From positions 11,036,001 through 11,100,000 of the forward strand of contig CM102286.1 of the NCBI GenBank assembly GCA_046563655.1: DNA of 64,000 bases, written 5' to 3'. Shown one piece after another: positions 32,044 through 44,800 of the stretch (within the stretch, counting starts at the first letter, position 1; every line of letters starts with the position of its first letter). A program made the translations under genes and the position numbers. The notes under the pieces were generated by a model. It was not told the DNA's origin. It saw nothing but the letters and a program-made list of their open reading frames with translations, and did not search any database. This stretch comes from Yuukianura sp. NJ FZ-2021 (lineage: Eukaryota).

Positions 32044-35000
32044 ATGGAGTACAAACTTAGTGTCCGAAATGGATACAATAACGAGCAAAGCGTCCCTTCC
32101 GACTCTTTGCAGCGTCCGGAAGTGGAAACGAAGTCGACACAGGACTTTGGGATGGAAGATGCTCTTCAGAAGCTAGGTTAGTTTGAAGTTTAATTTTATC
32201 CTATTCCTGATTCATAACAGTCTTTTTAAGGTTTTTATATGTTTTTTAACATGTTGTGTCATCCTCATGAAAGGCTCCAAAGACTAAAGTTTTATGATGA
32301 TTTTATTCAAACAGAAAATATTTTTGTATCTTGTAGGAGGTTTTTCATATTTCCAATGGTTTGTAATGATTTCACTTCTGGCGATTGACTTCCCTGCAGT
32401 TATGCTCACAATGAATCCGCTTCTCACCGGAACCAGTCACGTTCCATTTCAATGTCAGTTTCAAAATGGAACTTCAGTGATGATACCGGAAGCAGACCTT
32501 TGTACTTTCAACTGTTCAGGCGAAATTATTCCAGTTGGAGAACCTCCGTATCAATCCATTGTTCAAGAAGTAACGCCTACACTAATTGCTATTTTCAGAT
32601 TACTAACATGCTTATTTATGATTTTTGAAATACTAAATTCATTTGTATTCACAGTGGAACTTGTTTTGTGGAAGCTCCTGGATTACCGATACTGTCGTTA
32701 GTATTCAAATGGCAGGAAATCTATTAGGATCATTAGGAGTCGCATATTGCTCAGATAGGTGAATTTTCTCAGAACATGACATTAATGAAAACAGAACATG
32801 CAAAATGAGAAATAATGGCAATAGGTTTGGGAGAAAACCAGCATTCTACACTATCACAATTTTGATGGGATTTACCGGAGTACTATCAGCAGTTTCAACT
32901 GGACCAGTTTTCTTTACATTTTCGAGGTTTCTAACTGGATTTGCAATTGGAGGTATGCATTACATATCTTATGTGCTTGTACTATTTGTTTTTAAATTGG
33001 ATGTTTAGGCCACGCGTCGTCATTTTTTAATGCTGTTTGCAAGGTTCCTTGACAACGGAATTGTATTTCCTACAACAGGTTGTCCATTAACTCAGGGTTT
33101 CGAAAAATCTAGCTCTAAACAACTTTTAGCATCAATTTTGTTTATACATTTTTACAACAAGTGAACGAAGGCTTGAACATAGACTATATTAGCAATGTTC
33201 CTGCTAGTCTGTAATTTCTACATTCACTAGGATAATTTATGAAGGCAAAGACTCCTAAGAACACATCCCTCGCGAACAAATCTTTGCAGTGAAACATGGC
33301 AACGTTGGAAAGGTAGCAAGAATAACCTCAACTTTCTACTTCAACGCAGTACAACAAGTGAACGAAGGCTTGAACATAGAATACATTAAAAATGCTCCTG
33401 CCAGTCTGTAATTTCTACACTCACTAATATAATTTATAAGGGCAAAGACTCCTAAAAACACATCCCTCGCGAACAAATCTTTGCAGTGAAACATGGCAAC
33501 GTTGGAAAGGTAGCAAGAAGAACCTCAACTCTCTACTTTAAAGCAGTGATTTTCCCCATTTTATTTTTCAAACTTTGAACATTTGAAATCGCATAGGAGT
33601 ACAATAAAAGTGAAAAAAAATCAAAAGTAGTCAAAAAAATTTAGGCTATGTTTAACGCGTTCGGTTTATGAAAATTTTGGCAAAAAATTGAAAAACCTGA
33701 GTTATTGGACAACCTGGCATAGAAAAAATAGTTTCTTTGTTTACGAACCTTGGTTGTTTCTGGTTTGGATTTGTTTTTTAAAGGTTCGTTTACAAGCCAT
33801 TTCAATTATTTGATGGAATTCCTACCTGCTAGATGGAGACAAGTATGTGGATGCGTTTCGTTTTGGAGTCTTGGAGAAATGTGTTTAGGCTTAATCGGAT
33901 ATCTGATTCCGTCATGGCGCACAGTATCATGGGTTACAGCATTTCCAGCATTTATTATATTTTTGACTATCTTGTAAGAGAACAGTTTCAATTCCAAGCA
34001 ACAGTGCCGTGCTGCTGTAAATAATCAAAACGTTATTATTTTTTCCAGTTTTATTCCAGAAAGTCCACGGTGGGCTTTCGCCAATGAAAAGTCGGCAGCA
34101 GCCGAGGCCGCGCTAAATCAAATTTCGAAATGGAACGGTAAAACGGCTCTCAATCCACAAGAAACGGAGCGATTAAAGAACTCTGTTTGTCGGGAGAAAA
34201 GTTTAGAAGAGGCGGGAAGAGATCAAACATGGAAAGTGTTTAGAAATTTTAAACTTCTGCGGATCTTACTCGTTTTTGCTCTAGCATGGTTTGCAAATGC
34301 TGTCGTTTATTTTGGAATCAGCTACAACATGAAGAATATCAGTGGTGATCCATACTGGAATATTTTCTTTCTTGGAATGGTGGATTGCCCAGCAGAACTC
34401 TCGGGATTCTATTTTAGTAACAAGTAATTTTACTTAAATTCGAGATTCATTTCAAATGGCATTTTGAAAATTTCCAATTTTGATGGCAGGTATGGGCGAC
34501 GCAAATCTTTCATAGGATACCTCATGATTTCGTCCATCTTTCTTGTTGCCATTCCTGTCCTCATCTTGGAAGAAACACTAACAAACAAATTTCCATGGTT
34601 AATTCTCGTGCTTTCACTGGCGGGAAAGTTCTTTTGTGAAGGTAAAGACCTTGCCGTGTGCACTTTCCAATGCTTTCCTGACATTTTTTCCTTCGATTTT
34701 CAAAAGTGTTCAAAATTCAAAACTAAAACAATCAGTTTCATAATTCAAATTTGATTGAATTTTGCACAGGATCATGGGCCATCATGGCTTGTTTCAGTAG
34801 CGAATCGTTCCCAACAGTTTGTCGATCCTTTTCTCTCAGTGTCTGCTCAGCCGCATCGACTATTGGAGGGTATTTCAATTATGAAGATTTAAATAAATTT
34901 ATATTAAATGTACATATTAAAACATTGTCAAGTGTGGTGTTTTTTAAAGGATTATTGCACCACAACTTATTGGAGCTCCGCTTCCCAAGGCTGTTCCGTA

Positions 35001-35088
35001 TGCAGTATTTGCTGTATTGTCAATAATTAGCGCAACGACTTCTCTTTCATTGCCAGAAATGAAAGGAAAACCGCTCGTAGACATTTAA
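32044..35088 (+). CDS. SLC22-type organic cation/anion transporter (MFS)
   Basis: SIVQE|WNLFC, DRFGRKP, EFLPARWR, PESPRW, YGRR, ESFPTVCR and LPEMKGKPL in order across the exons. Confidence 0.9.
33040..33752. mobile_element. hAT-like MITE, family B (long copy with internal ~197-bp tandem duplication), in SLC22 intron
   Basis: caaggttc...gaaccttg ends; flanks gctgtttg / gttgtttc. The unit beginning tacaacaagtgaacgaagg occurs at 33153 and 33350. Confidence 0.8.
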
Positions 35089-35366
35089 TACCTTGGAATT
35101 GGACTGGGTTTATTTTGTCTCTGCTGGCAATATACGAACTTTATTATATTTTTTCAAAAACGATTCGCCAAATCATTAAATCAAAACAAAAATAAAAATA
35201 AAATAACTTTCATACTCAAGAATAAAAAAAACATTTCAAGAAATTAAGACTTAATTTAATTTGGAACCGTTCACAAATTTTATCCATTCTACTTGAAACT
35301 AAACGAAACTTTTAGGGTAAACGCCGTAAATAAGTAGCGTCCATTGCATCGCATCGGCATCGGTCG

Positions 35367-35513
35367 GTGTGACGGAGAATGCTATCACATATCATGCTTC
35401 GGCATGGGTCTGACGGAAAACACGATCACATACCACATTTTGGCATGGGTGTGACGTGCAACACGATGACATATTGGCATAACGCATAAGTGTAACGGAG
35501 AACGCTATCACAT
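35367..35513. repeat. Degenerate 41-bp tandem repeat (about 4 copies)
   Basis: gtgtgacggagaatgctatcacat-like unit starts at 35367, 35408, 35449 and 35490. Confidence 0.8.
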
Positions 35514-35844
35514 GCTAAAACAAGAACATAAAGTAGCCCGTGTTTTCGGTACTTAATAAATCAACTTCCGGTGAAAGCTAAACCAGATATAAAACTCTCA
35601 CATTAAAAAGTTTTCCTTCCACCGATTGAGTACCAAATTGGTACTACCAATGGGTACTAAACTGGGTGTGGTGGGCATTAGCTGTCAAATACCGCATCTG
35701 TGTTTGTATTTCACGATTCTGCTGAATATCTTTTCCTAGTATTAGGGGTACCCCAGTTGAATTGTTCTATTCACAGCTGCTTTTCATCTTAAAATCAAAA
35801 ACGTAAACTCGTAATGTTGTGTTTTTTCAGTAACTTTGTTAGAA

Positions 35845-38800
35845 ATGGAATCTGCTGCTGACACCGCTAACTTTTCGATCGGCCAGCGAGTGGAAGTCAT
35901 CGGTAAAGACGTCAACGGAACTGTGGCATTTATCGGAACGACTTCGTTCGCTGCTGGAAAATGGATTGGATTAATACTAGACGAACCAAAAGGGAAAAAT
36001 AACGGTAGGTAACTCTTAAAGCAAAGGTCACGATAAGACGGCACTCGAATTTTCAGTAATGATTTTTGAACGTTTGATTTCCTAGGAAGTTTTCAGGGGA
36101 CATTCTACTTCGATGCTCCGGAGAATCATGGGGTATGTTGTACACGTATTTAAGTTAGATACATGGGCTTAATGCGTCAAAAACTGTTTAGTATGATGAT
36201 ACGATCATTTGACATTTCACGCATGGTACTATAGCATGTCTATTGGTCGAGGTCAACGGTTAAGATTGCTAAAAACTTTACCATACCTATATACTTTAAC
36301 CTACGACCCTAACCAGTGCACTTGTCGCAGTTTTGTGTTTGATATTTCAAAACCATTGTCTCAATGATCTGTCCAAGGCAATGAAGATATCTCTATCGGA
36401 ACCAAAAACATTTTCGAAATATTCAATTCCTTTTTCGAGCAAAACACAAATTCAAATTGTGAAGCTGGACGTCGGATTTATCTGTTAGTTTAGTTTTAAT
36501 TGAAATTCTGGTTATTCGTTTATTTTTCTACACAGCTCTTCGTCAGACAAGCCCAACTTATACCTGTGAATGGCGATGGAGCCAATGTTGTGGCATCGGG
36601 ATCAGCGAAGAAGCCGTCAACGATTCCCGGTCCTACGCTCAAGTAATAGTCTAACAATAAGTTATAGGCTAAACAAGTATATTTACTCACTCAGAATTGG
36701 GGAGGAAGTCCCTTGAGGATCCTTGGAGTTCAAAACTGTTGTGCATTTAGTTAGTAGTATCCGAAAACAAGTACAACGGGGAAAGCGAATACGAAAGGAA
36801 CAATATTTTTGCAGTTGCAACCGTTTTTTATTTATTTGCAGAACTACTCCACCGAAACCGTCTCCTGATGATTCAAAACTTACCAAGCAAAACCGTAGTA
36901 GGTGAGTTAACTTCTAATCCTTTCTCGTATTTGTCAAGTAGTTGCACGGGTTCCTGTTTCTACACTCACACTATAAAATAATTTTGTATTAATGAATACA
37001 CCAAAACGCCCAAGGGAAAGGGTAGTAGCATTTAAATATAAATATATAATACTTAGAAAGGAGATTCTACTCAGAAATTCAGAATTACTAATTTTTAGTA
37101 ATTCTGAATCTTATTCTAGCTGGCCGTCTTCGTCTTCTGCACAAGCCTAGCTGCTCGCATTTGAAGTAACGCCATGATTTGACACCATGCTTCAATTGTT
37201 AATCTCAAACGAACGTCAAGCCCATAGTATCTGTAAATGTGACACAAAACCTTGGCATTTTGGTGTATTTGTTTTGCTGTATGACTTTCCTTTAGAGCAG
37301 ACAGTACTTGATACAGTAGCTTAGTACTTTTTTTTCAGTAATCCAATCATGCTTTTACAGTTCCATTCTTCTAAAATGCATGCCGATATCCTCTTCTCCC
37401 ACGAATATTTCTTATACCAAACACAAGTTATACCTGCATGTTCTTGTTCATGTGCAGGAATATCCTTGCAGATGCGTATACGGAAATTCCCACGCGCTAG
37501 CCATGGCTAACGTACTTGAAGTTTATGGCGTTTTTCATGAAATTAGTAGGTTTTAAATTAAACCCGCCATGACCCTTATATGGCTATGTTAAGTTCAATT
37601 TTTAAAGATCATATGGTCGATATTGTAACATTCCCTGCCTGATTTCGTCTTTGTGATTTCGATGGCCACTATTTTATGGAATGAACTATTTTATCTTGTT
37701 AATCCTGCTCTTAACTTTTTCACTTCCACTCTGTCTTTCCGGGTTTTTAGCAAGCAGATGAGCCAAGCACAAAGGAGGACTCAACTGACACGGTAAATTC
37801 TTACGCAGAGAGTTTAGCAAATTGAGTCTGCCTTGCGTTGATTGTGCATGCTGCTTCTTGTTTGGCTTTTACAGTTAAAATTTACGTTTTCGCTGCTATT
37901 TCTTAATTCATCTGTCTTACCTCAGAGGAATAGACTTCCGAGTGCCAGTTCCGACTCGGGGATTCTGAGTTCCTAAGTTCGATTGCTTCATTTGACTTTC
38001 TTTCTACAAGTTTTACTTCGGGGGCTTCCAGACAATCTTCTTGTGTAATCGTGGTTGTATTATCTATCAATATATGTTTTATATTCTCGTATCCTAAATG
38101 TCATCTAGAATACCAGGATTCGGATTTTTGAATACCTTCGCTCCAAAGACGTCTTCGTCCATGACGTCAATCACGACGGATACTGTCTCGAGTATCCCGT
38201 CATGTGCCAACACAGCTACCACGTCTTCGGTAATTGACCGGCATCTTACTTGCTCCGGATCGTCATCTCCATTTAAACTTCCTGGAAGTCCGTCTAGTAA
38301 TTCTGCTGTGGCTAAACTGAAAGGGAAGATGTCGCTCTTCTCAAAGTTGCCCACTGCCAAATCGACTATAATCCCGGAGGGATTATTTACCGCAAAGTCC
38401 AAATCCTTCTCCCGGAGCGAGAACACGATATCACCAAAAGCGGTTGGTGCACAAGCACCGAGGTCCGCTACCTTTACTGGTGGCATTCCTGCGTCTGGGT
38501 CGGTTGTTGTATTTGAAGCTACCAGGTCAAACTCTACTGAAAGTCGAAGTTGCATTGGTACGACTGCTGTACGAACGCCGACGAGGATGACCCCTGCTCG
38601 GTCATCCCCGCAGGTCAATTCAACATCCACGGCTATTCCGTTTCCGTCTTTCAAGGACCTCGGAAGCCTAAAGTACAGCTCTCCAACTCTTTGTTCCATG
38701 GAGAGCGGATTAAATGGTGGGCCAGACTCCGCGTCAAAATTTTGTAGAAGCAGTATGAGTACGACACCTAGGGCTTCTGTATCGCATGGGGACTTAACCC

Positions 38801-41800
38801 TGGCGTTATCGACGCCGCAGTTTCCTAGATCAACATCAATGAGCACACCTCCCAAGAAGCCACCACGACCTTCACTTGTGAAACGTAAGCTGTTTTGACC
38901 TACATTCATCGACGTTTATAGTGATCTTGACACCAGTACTACGAAGTCTTACTTGCGGTTATTTGTGTTTTTTTCCAAACTTTAGCTGTCGATGCCACGC
39001 CGCCACCGCCACCATCGTCTCCGTCTGCAATATTAAAGCTAAGAGAAAGTCACAGTTCAATTGACAGAAACTTAGATGAGAACCCTGCCACAAATGCTGC
39101 GTCGGTTCTGTTAAATTCAAAATCCTCACTAGGATTTTATAGCAAGCGACAACATGTCTCTAATCAGCGACAAAGTCCTACGCTACTTGGTTCCCGTGCG
39201 ACTCAGGATCGGATTTGTAGAAAGTTACGATCTTCGACTTCAGGAATGTTGAGGGATGGCACGGCGTTAAGTTTACCTCAAAGTTTAGTTTGTTCACAAT
39301 TGAGCATGAGTACTGCGTCAGCATCAAGCAAAATACCGGCGCTGCCGGGAAAGTGCTCATCGAGGTCTGCTTCGTCTTTTTTATTTTTTTAGTACTTTAT
39401 CACGATTTTGTGTTTGGCGTTATGTCACGCGACTTCTGTTTGCTTTCAAGTTGGTTGTATTGTTAGTTTCGTGTCAAGCAATCACTGCTTTTACAATTAA
39501 CTTGTTTTTTAGATGCCCCTTTTCGTTATGTATAGTAGAAGGAAGTAGGTTTTAGACTTGAGAAAGTAGGCAAGTTTTCAATAATTAGCATCGATCTAAT
39601 CTAATAATACTGCTTCTATTTCATCTAGACTACCAATAGCCGGATCAATTGCAAAGGACACTTCAAAAGGCCTGCAAAGTTCGACGGGTACCTCGAAAAC
39701 CGATTTGGCTACTCTTACTCCCACATTTACGCGGACAGATTCAAACAGCACGAAACGGCAATCATTCGTTGAGGTGAGCAATACTTTTTGAACAATCAAT
39801 TCGTAAAGTTCGGATTTTTGAATTCTGACTTCCTGTTTCAGACCATTGCAGAACCTATTATAACTCAGTACACTCAAGGTCCATTATACACACCAACGAT
39901 GACTCCGAACAGCGGCGGGCCACAAGGGGATGACAGGTTTGGTACAATGCAACTGGTAGAATCTCTTCGTCATGAAGTGAGAGATCTTAATGAAAAATTG
40001 GATGTCCTGAAAGGTATTTCAAAATTATTCTTGAGTTAAGGCCAATTCCTGAGGAATAACCATGTGTTAATGTGGGGAATTTTAGCAAAACGAGCTGCCG
40101 ACCAAGATAAACTTCGAGAATTTGATCGGATGAGACTTCAAGTTGAGACACTTTCCGAGTTCAAGACGAAAGTTCTCGAAAACCAAGCGTCATTGCAAAA
40201 GGAATTGAAAAAGGTTAACAACTATAAGGAGGAACATTTAAGATTTTATATTCACTTTTGTATAACCTCGTTTTTTGGAAAATGTTAGGCGCGGCAAGAC
40301 GCCCGAGATGCTATTGATGCGAAAGAGAAGCATGCAGAGGAAATGGCTGACTTATCCGAAGCCGTTGAAATGGCAACATTGGATAGGGAGATGGCCGAGG
40401 AAAAGGTAAAATGAAAATTGTGGTTTATGCAGTTTGGTTGGTTATGCGGCAGAATTTCGTAAAATGTGGACTGTCTGCCCTTCCCAACAAGTAGTCTAAG
40501 TAATCTCTCTAATCTCGAATTTAATAATTTACCTAACATGTCATTTATTCTAGGCGGAAACGTTGCAACTGGAGTTAGAGCAAGCAAACGAGAAAATTGC
40601 AAACCTCACGACAGAATTGACAGCTATCCAAGACGAATTAGGTGGAAAAGTTGACCCAGGTCAACAAGCCGCTAATTCTGTTCAGATGAAGCAACTTCTT
40701 GGAGAGAACACACGAATGCGAGAAGCATTGTTGAAGTGAGTAATTGAGCGTACCATTAATTCTATAATTGGATTGTGTAAGGTTCTCTACCGCCTGCTTT
40801 TGCTCGACCGTTTAGACTCCGCGACGCGGCGGCAAATGATAAACACCAACTTCAAAAACTGTTGAAAGAAGCCGAGGTTCATAAGGCCGAAGCAATTGAG
40901 CTTGCTAAAAGCAAGGAAAGACTGGAAAACCGTTGCGAAGAAATGGAGCTCCAAATATCAGATCTTCAGGAAATGGTAATGTTTTCGATTGTTTGTTAGA
41001 AATAAAACTACAATAGTTAATACCTTGATTGTTAATTCAACAGAACGATGCAGCCCTTGGAGCAGAAGAAATGGTTGTCAATCTAACAGAGAAGAATTTG
41101 AACTTGGAGGAGAAGGTCAGTCAACTGGCGGAGGCTGTTGCTGATTTAGAAGCACTTCAAGATGTCAACGATCAGCTCCAGGAAACGGCGAAGGAGGCAG
41201 AAATGGAAGTTCGCGACGAACTGTACCGTGCGCTTGCTGCTAAATCAAACGTAAGCAATTCATCTGTAGTGCACTTTAACTTAAGTAATCATGAAGTGTT
41301 ATAATCTTTGACTATTGTGTTCTTATTGATTTGAGCAGATTGAACGAGAGAAGGATGCCCTAATTGAAACTCTTGGAGACCGTGAGAACACGATTGTAAG
41401 ATTCCGCGAACTTGTTCAGAAATTGCGGGATGAAAACGAGATTTTGCGGAAGAATTTGGAGGAAGAATCTTCCAAGTCAATTCCTGGGTTACCTGAAGCA
41501 CTCGATTTTAAGGTAAACTTGGCGAGTTGGGTTTGTACGCAGAGTTTATAAATGAAAAACTCTTGGTATTGCAGAAAATATTTGCTGAGACGAAAGCACA
41601 AACAACTGCAATTGACCTTGAGTTGCGTCGGATTGAAGCAAAGGAAGCAGCATTACATGTTACATATCTGAGCAACTTTATGCCTGATGGATTCATGAAA
41701 CGCGGAGGTAATAATACTAATTATATGAGTAATTTTGCTCAACTAAAGTTTACTTTCAGTTGTTTTCCTCCGTATTCAAGGTTAACTGTTGCTTATTATT

Positions 41801-44800
41801 TTCATAGGGGACAATGATGCACTGCTAGTTCTCCTGTTGATTCCACGTATGATCTGTAAAGTGGAGTTGTTGCTAAGTCAAGTAAGGGACAAACTTGTAC
41901 CTACTGCGTTTGCTGATGGAGTACCGTACACGGAGGAAATGGGATCATCCCCTGAAATTGAGCGATACGCCTTCTCCTGTCAATTTTCTTACCTTCTCTA
42001 TGCTCTGCTAAGTGAGCTTCATCGATGGTCAACGGCGCTGAATACTTGTTCAACTGATGACTTCCTGAAAGTCGGGCTGCTCTACTCCGATTTAAGTGTT
42101 CGTGAAAAGGCGGTGGATTTCTATTTGGAACTGCTGCGAAAGAGTCAGGTAAGTAACGAAATTTATATTTGCTACTCTAATATAGTTTTGCTATTTTCCA
42201 ACACCTTACTCAAACGGTACGTTTGCATAAACGACTCAGAAATGTTGCATGGGTAATGCCTGCTAAGGGAAACACCTTAAACTTAGTTTTTGACAGTTAC
42301 ATGACTTTGAATTGACCAACGTAGAACAAACGAACAGTTATTGATTTCGTTTTACTATCACTGGTCTTTTGTATTTAGTGACACATAACACTTGATTTGC
42401 TTTTAGTTGTCTTTTTTCGGAGTTAATGAGTCCTTGGAATCCTTGCTTTTGGTTGCATGGCCCTTGCTCGGATTCTTTCCAAAGTAAGATTTGTAGAAGA
42501 ATTGAGCAAAGAGAATGAAATACGGAACGTAGATTCCAAATGATACTTTCAAGCCGAAGTAGCCCCGATCACACTCATTCCCACGACCTGTAAACGTAGA
42601 ATGACGTCTTAACTCCGCGTGACAGGTTTTGAGGTTCCTTTTAGTTTAAAATTCTATTTAGGTTGTTACCTTGAAGCCACATGAGATTTATAGCGTAGAT
42701 GTTCACAGCGATTCCAAAGAACATTTGGACTAGCTGGAGTGTGGTAATAAACATTGCAAAATTCCTGGGAACTCGGAATCCAAGTGCCTATAATTCAGTT
42801 TAGTCAGGCTACTACAGAAATTAGTTTCCCATTGGCTAAGACGCAGCAACGTTTTGTTGACCACGTCTGAGTCAGATGCAACTTTGGTTCGCGAAAAACC
42901 GAACACCCCTAACACATTTTCCACTGAATTAATTTGAAATAGTTCGGCAGGTTGTTCTTGCTTTCGAAAGAAAGCTGTTTGCCAACAGTGGATAAATGTG
43001 TTTGAATCCAAAATGCCAGCAATTTTTGCTACATTTCGTCAATGTCCGGTTTCTCCATGATCCTGTATGTCAAAATGATTACCTTGAGGGCGTAGTACGA
43101 GTACATGAGTCCATGGATGAACGAGTTCATGACAATATACCAGAGTTGGTTAGGTTCATATGGCAAGTACATTACCCACCAGCTCAGTAGCGTTGTTACA
43201 TGGTGATACCTTGTAGCATTAAAAACTTTCAATTAATTACAATCCACATCTCAGCAACGAATAACGAATGAACTGAAATAATTACCAGTGCAGAAAGAGG
43301 AGGTTTTGTTTTCGCAAGACGACAAAGACAGTGTCTCCTAGCTCAATAACTTTCGAAATGAGGAGTAACCAGCTCCAGAAAGCAGTCGCATGGTTATGAG
43401 CCGACCTAAAAGGGAATGCAAACCCAGGAAATTTTAAGTGTTTTGAAATTTGAAGTTGATTAATGTCAATGTCAAAGCATGTAGCGAACTTGTACCAATG
43501 ACAAACAGAGTTGTGAAATCCATTGGGTGAAGTCAAAACGTAAATGAATTCGGGAACGGTTCGGAGAAAGGCGACAATGGAGAAAACGGCTAGAACAGAG
43601 TTCCACGTTGTTAGAATTCCGGTGAGACGAAATGGCTTGCGGTCACGCATCAAGTATTGAGTAGTAAAGATGAAGATGACATATGCGATGGACAGGTAGA
43701 TGGTGTAGTGCCAGTTCTTGCCTACCCAGGAACGCCATCCTGGTAAATCAAATTTCTCCCATTCATAGGTTGTCATGTAGCTAGGGTTGTCAACGAGGTT
43801 GACTGGATGGATAACCTCCATTCCGCCGAATGAGTCGAAACTCGTGTCTGGTTGAGCCGCTAGTTTTGTCATGGTCTGCAAAAGGAAAAAAAACAACGAA
43901 ATCATTTTCACTTTAGTCTTTAGTGTTCCACGTTTCAGACTTCGAACTTGATCCTGTTTAGGTGAAGACACTTTCATCTTCTCTTATCAGCCACAACTAC
44001 CAATTCGTTTAGTACAAAATCCAAAAGTTATCACGCGACTCCAGTCAAGGGCAAACTCTGTCAATTTCTAAGTTGTAATGAATTCATTTTCGTATTAGCT
44101 GAAATGTCAAAATTTTGAAACAAATTCATTTTGATATAAAATTATGCATGAAACAAGAAGCGCTCTTGCCATGCAATCTCGTTTTGTGGTGAGGTGACGC
44201 GGGATTATTTTTGTCGTCGAAAACTTATGGTTAGTCTGACCCTATTTTAAATTTATGGTCCAACCCTGTCCTGTCCGTCCAGAAACCTTGCCTCATGGGT
44301 AGTTTAGAAGGTTAGATAAATTGTATTTGATTGGACGGAGATTAATTTTCCCTGTTGACACTTACCAGGATTCAGTATGGATGAGAAAATGGTGACGTCC
44401 ACCTCTGCCAACTCGTCGCTAACTACTGAATTGAAGTAGAGGTCTCAACAAAGTAGATTATTTAAATCATTCTTTGAAGCAAGTGGTCTAGTAGAACAAA
44501 GGTTATGGCATGATTCGAGCTAAACTTTTTACTTTGACGGGGCGCACAGTGCACCCACTTTGTCGAAGAGTCACATTACGCAATGCACATTTCCCTTTTA
44601 AAAGCAGAAAGCAGATTTACAATTTCCATTCCACCTACAACCTTGTTGCTTTACTAGCTTGTACAAAACGCCATACAGCCGAAAAATTTTCACATCACTC
44701 GAAGCCTCGATACCACAAGCTTCCTTTCGAGTTAAAATTCCCAGCAAAACCAGACGGCCTCGACCTTGAACTTGACCATCTAACTAAACTCGTGCTCAAT

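Noticed and set aside
35367..35513. CRISPR-like periodic repeat
   Set aside because: The units are degenerate tandem copies with no unique spacers, there are no cas genes, and the context is eukaryotic.
38094..38909. 271-aa minus-strand ORF
   Set aside because: It is the antisense shadow of the S/T/P-rich plus-strand frame and has no motif or splice context of its own.
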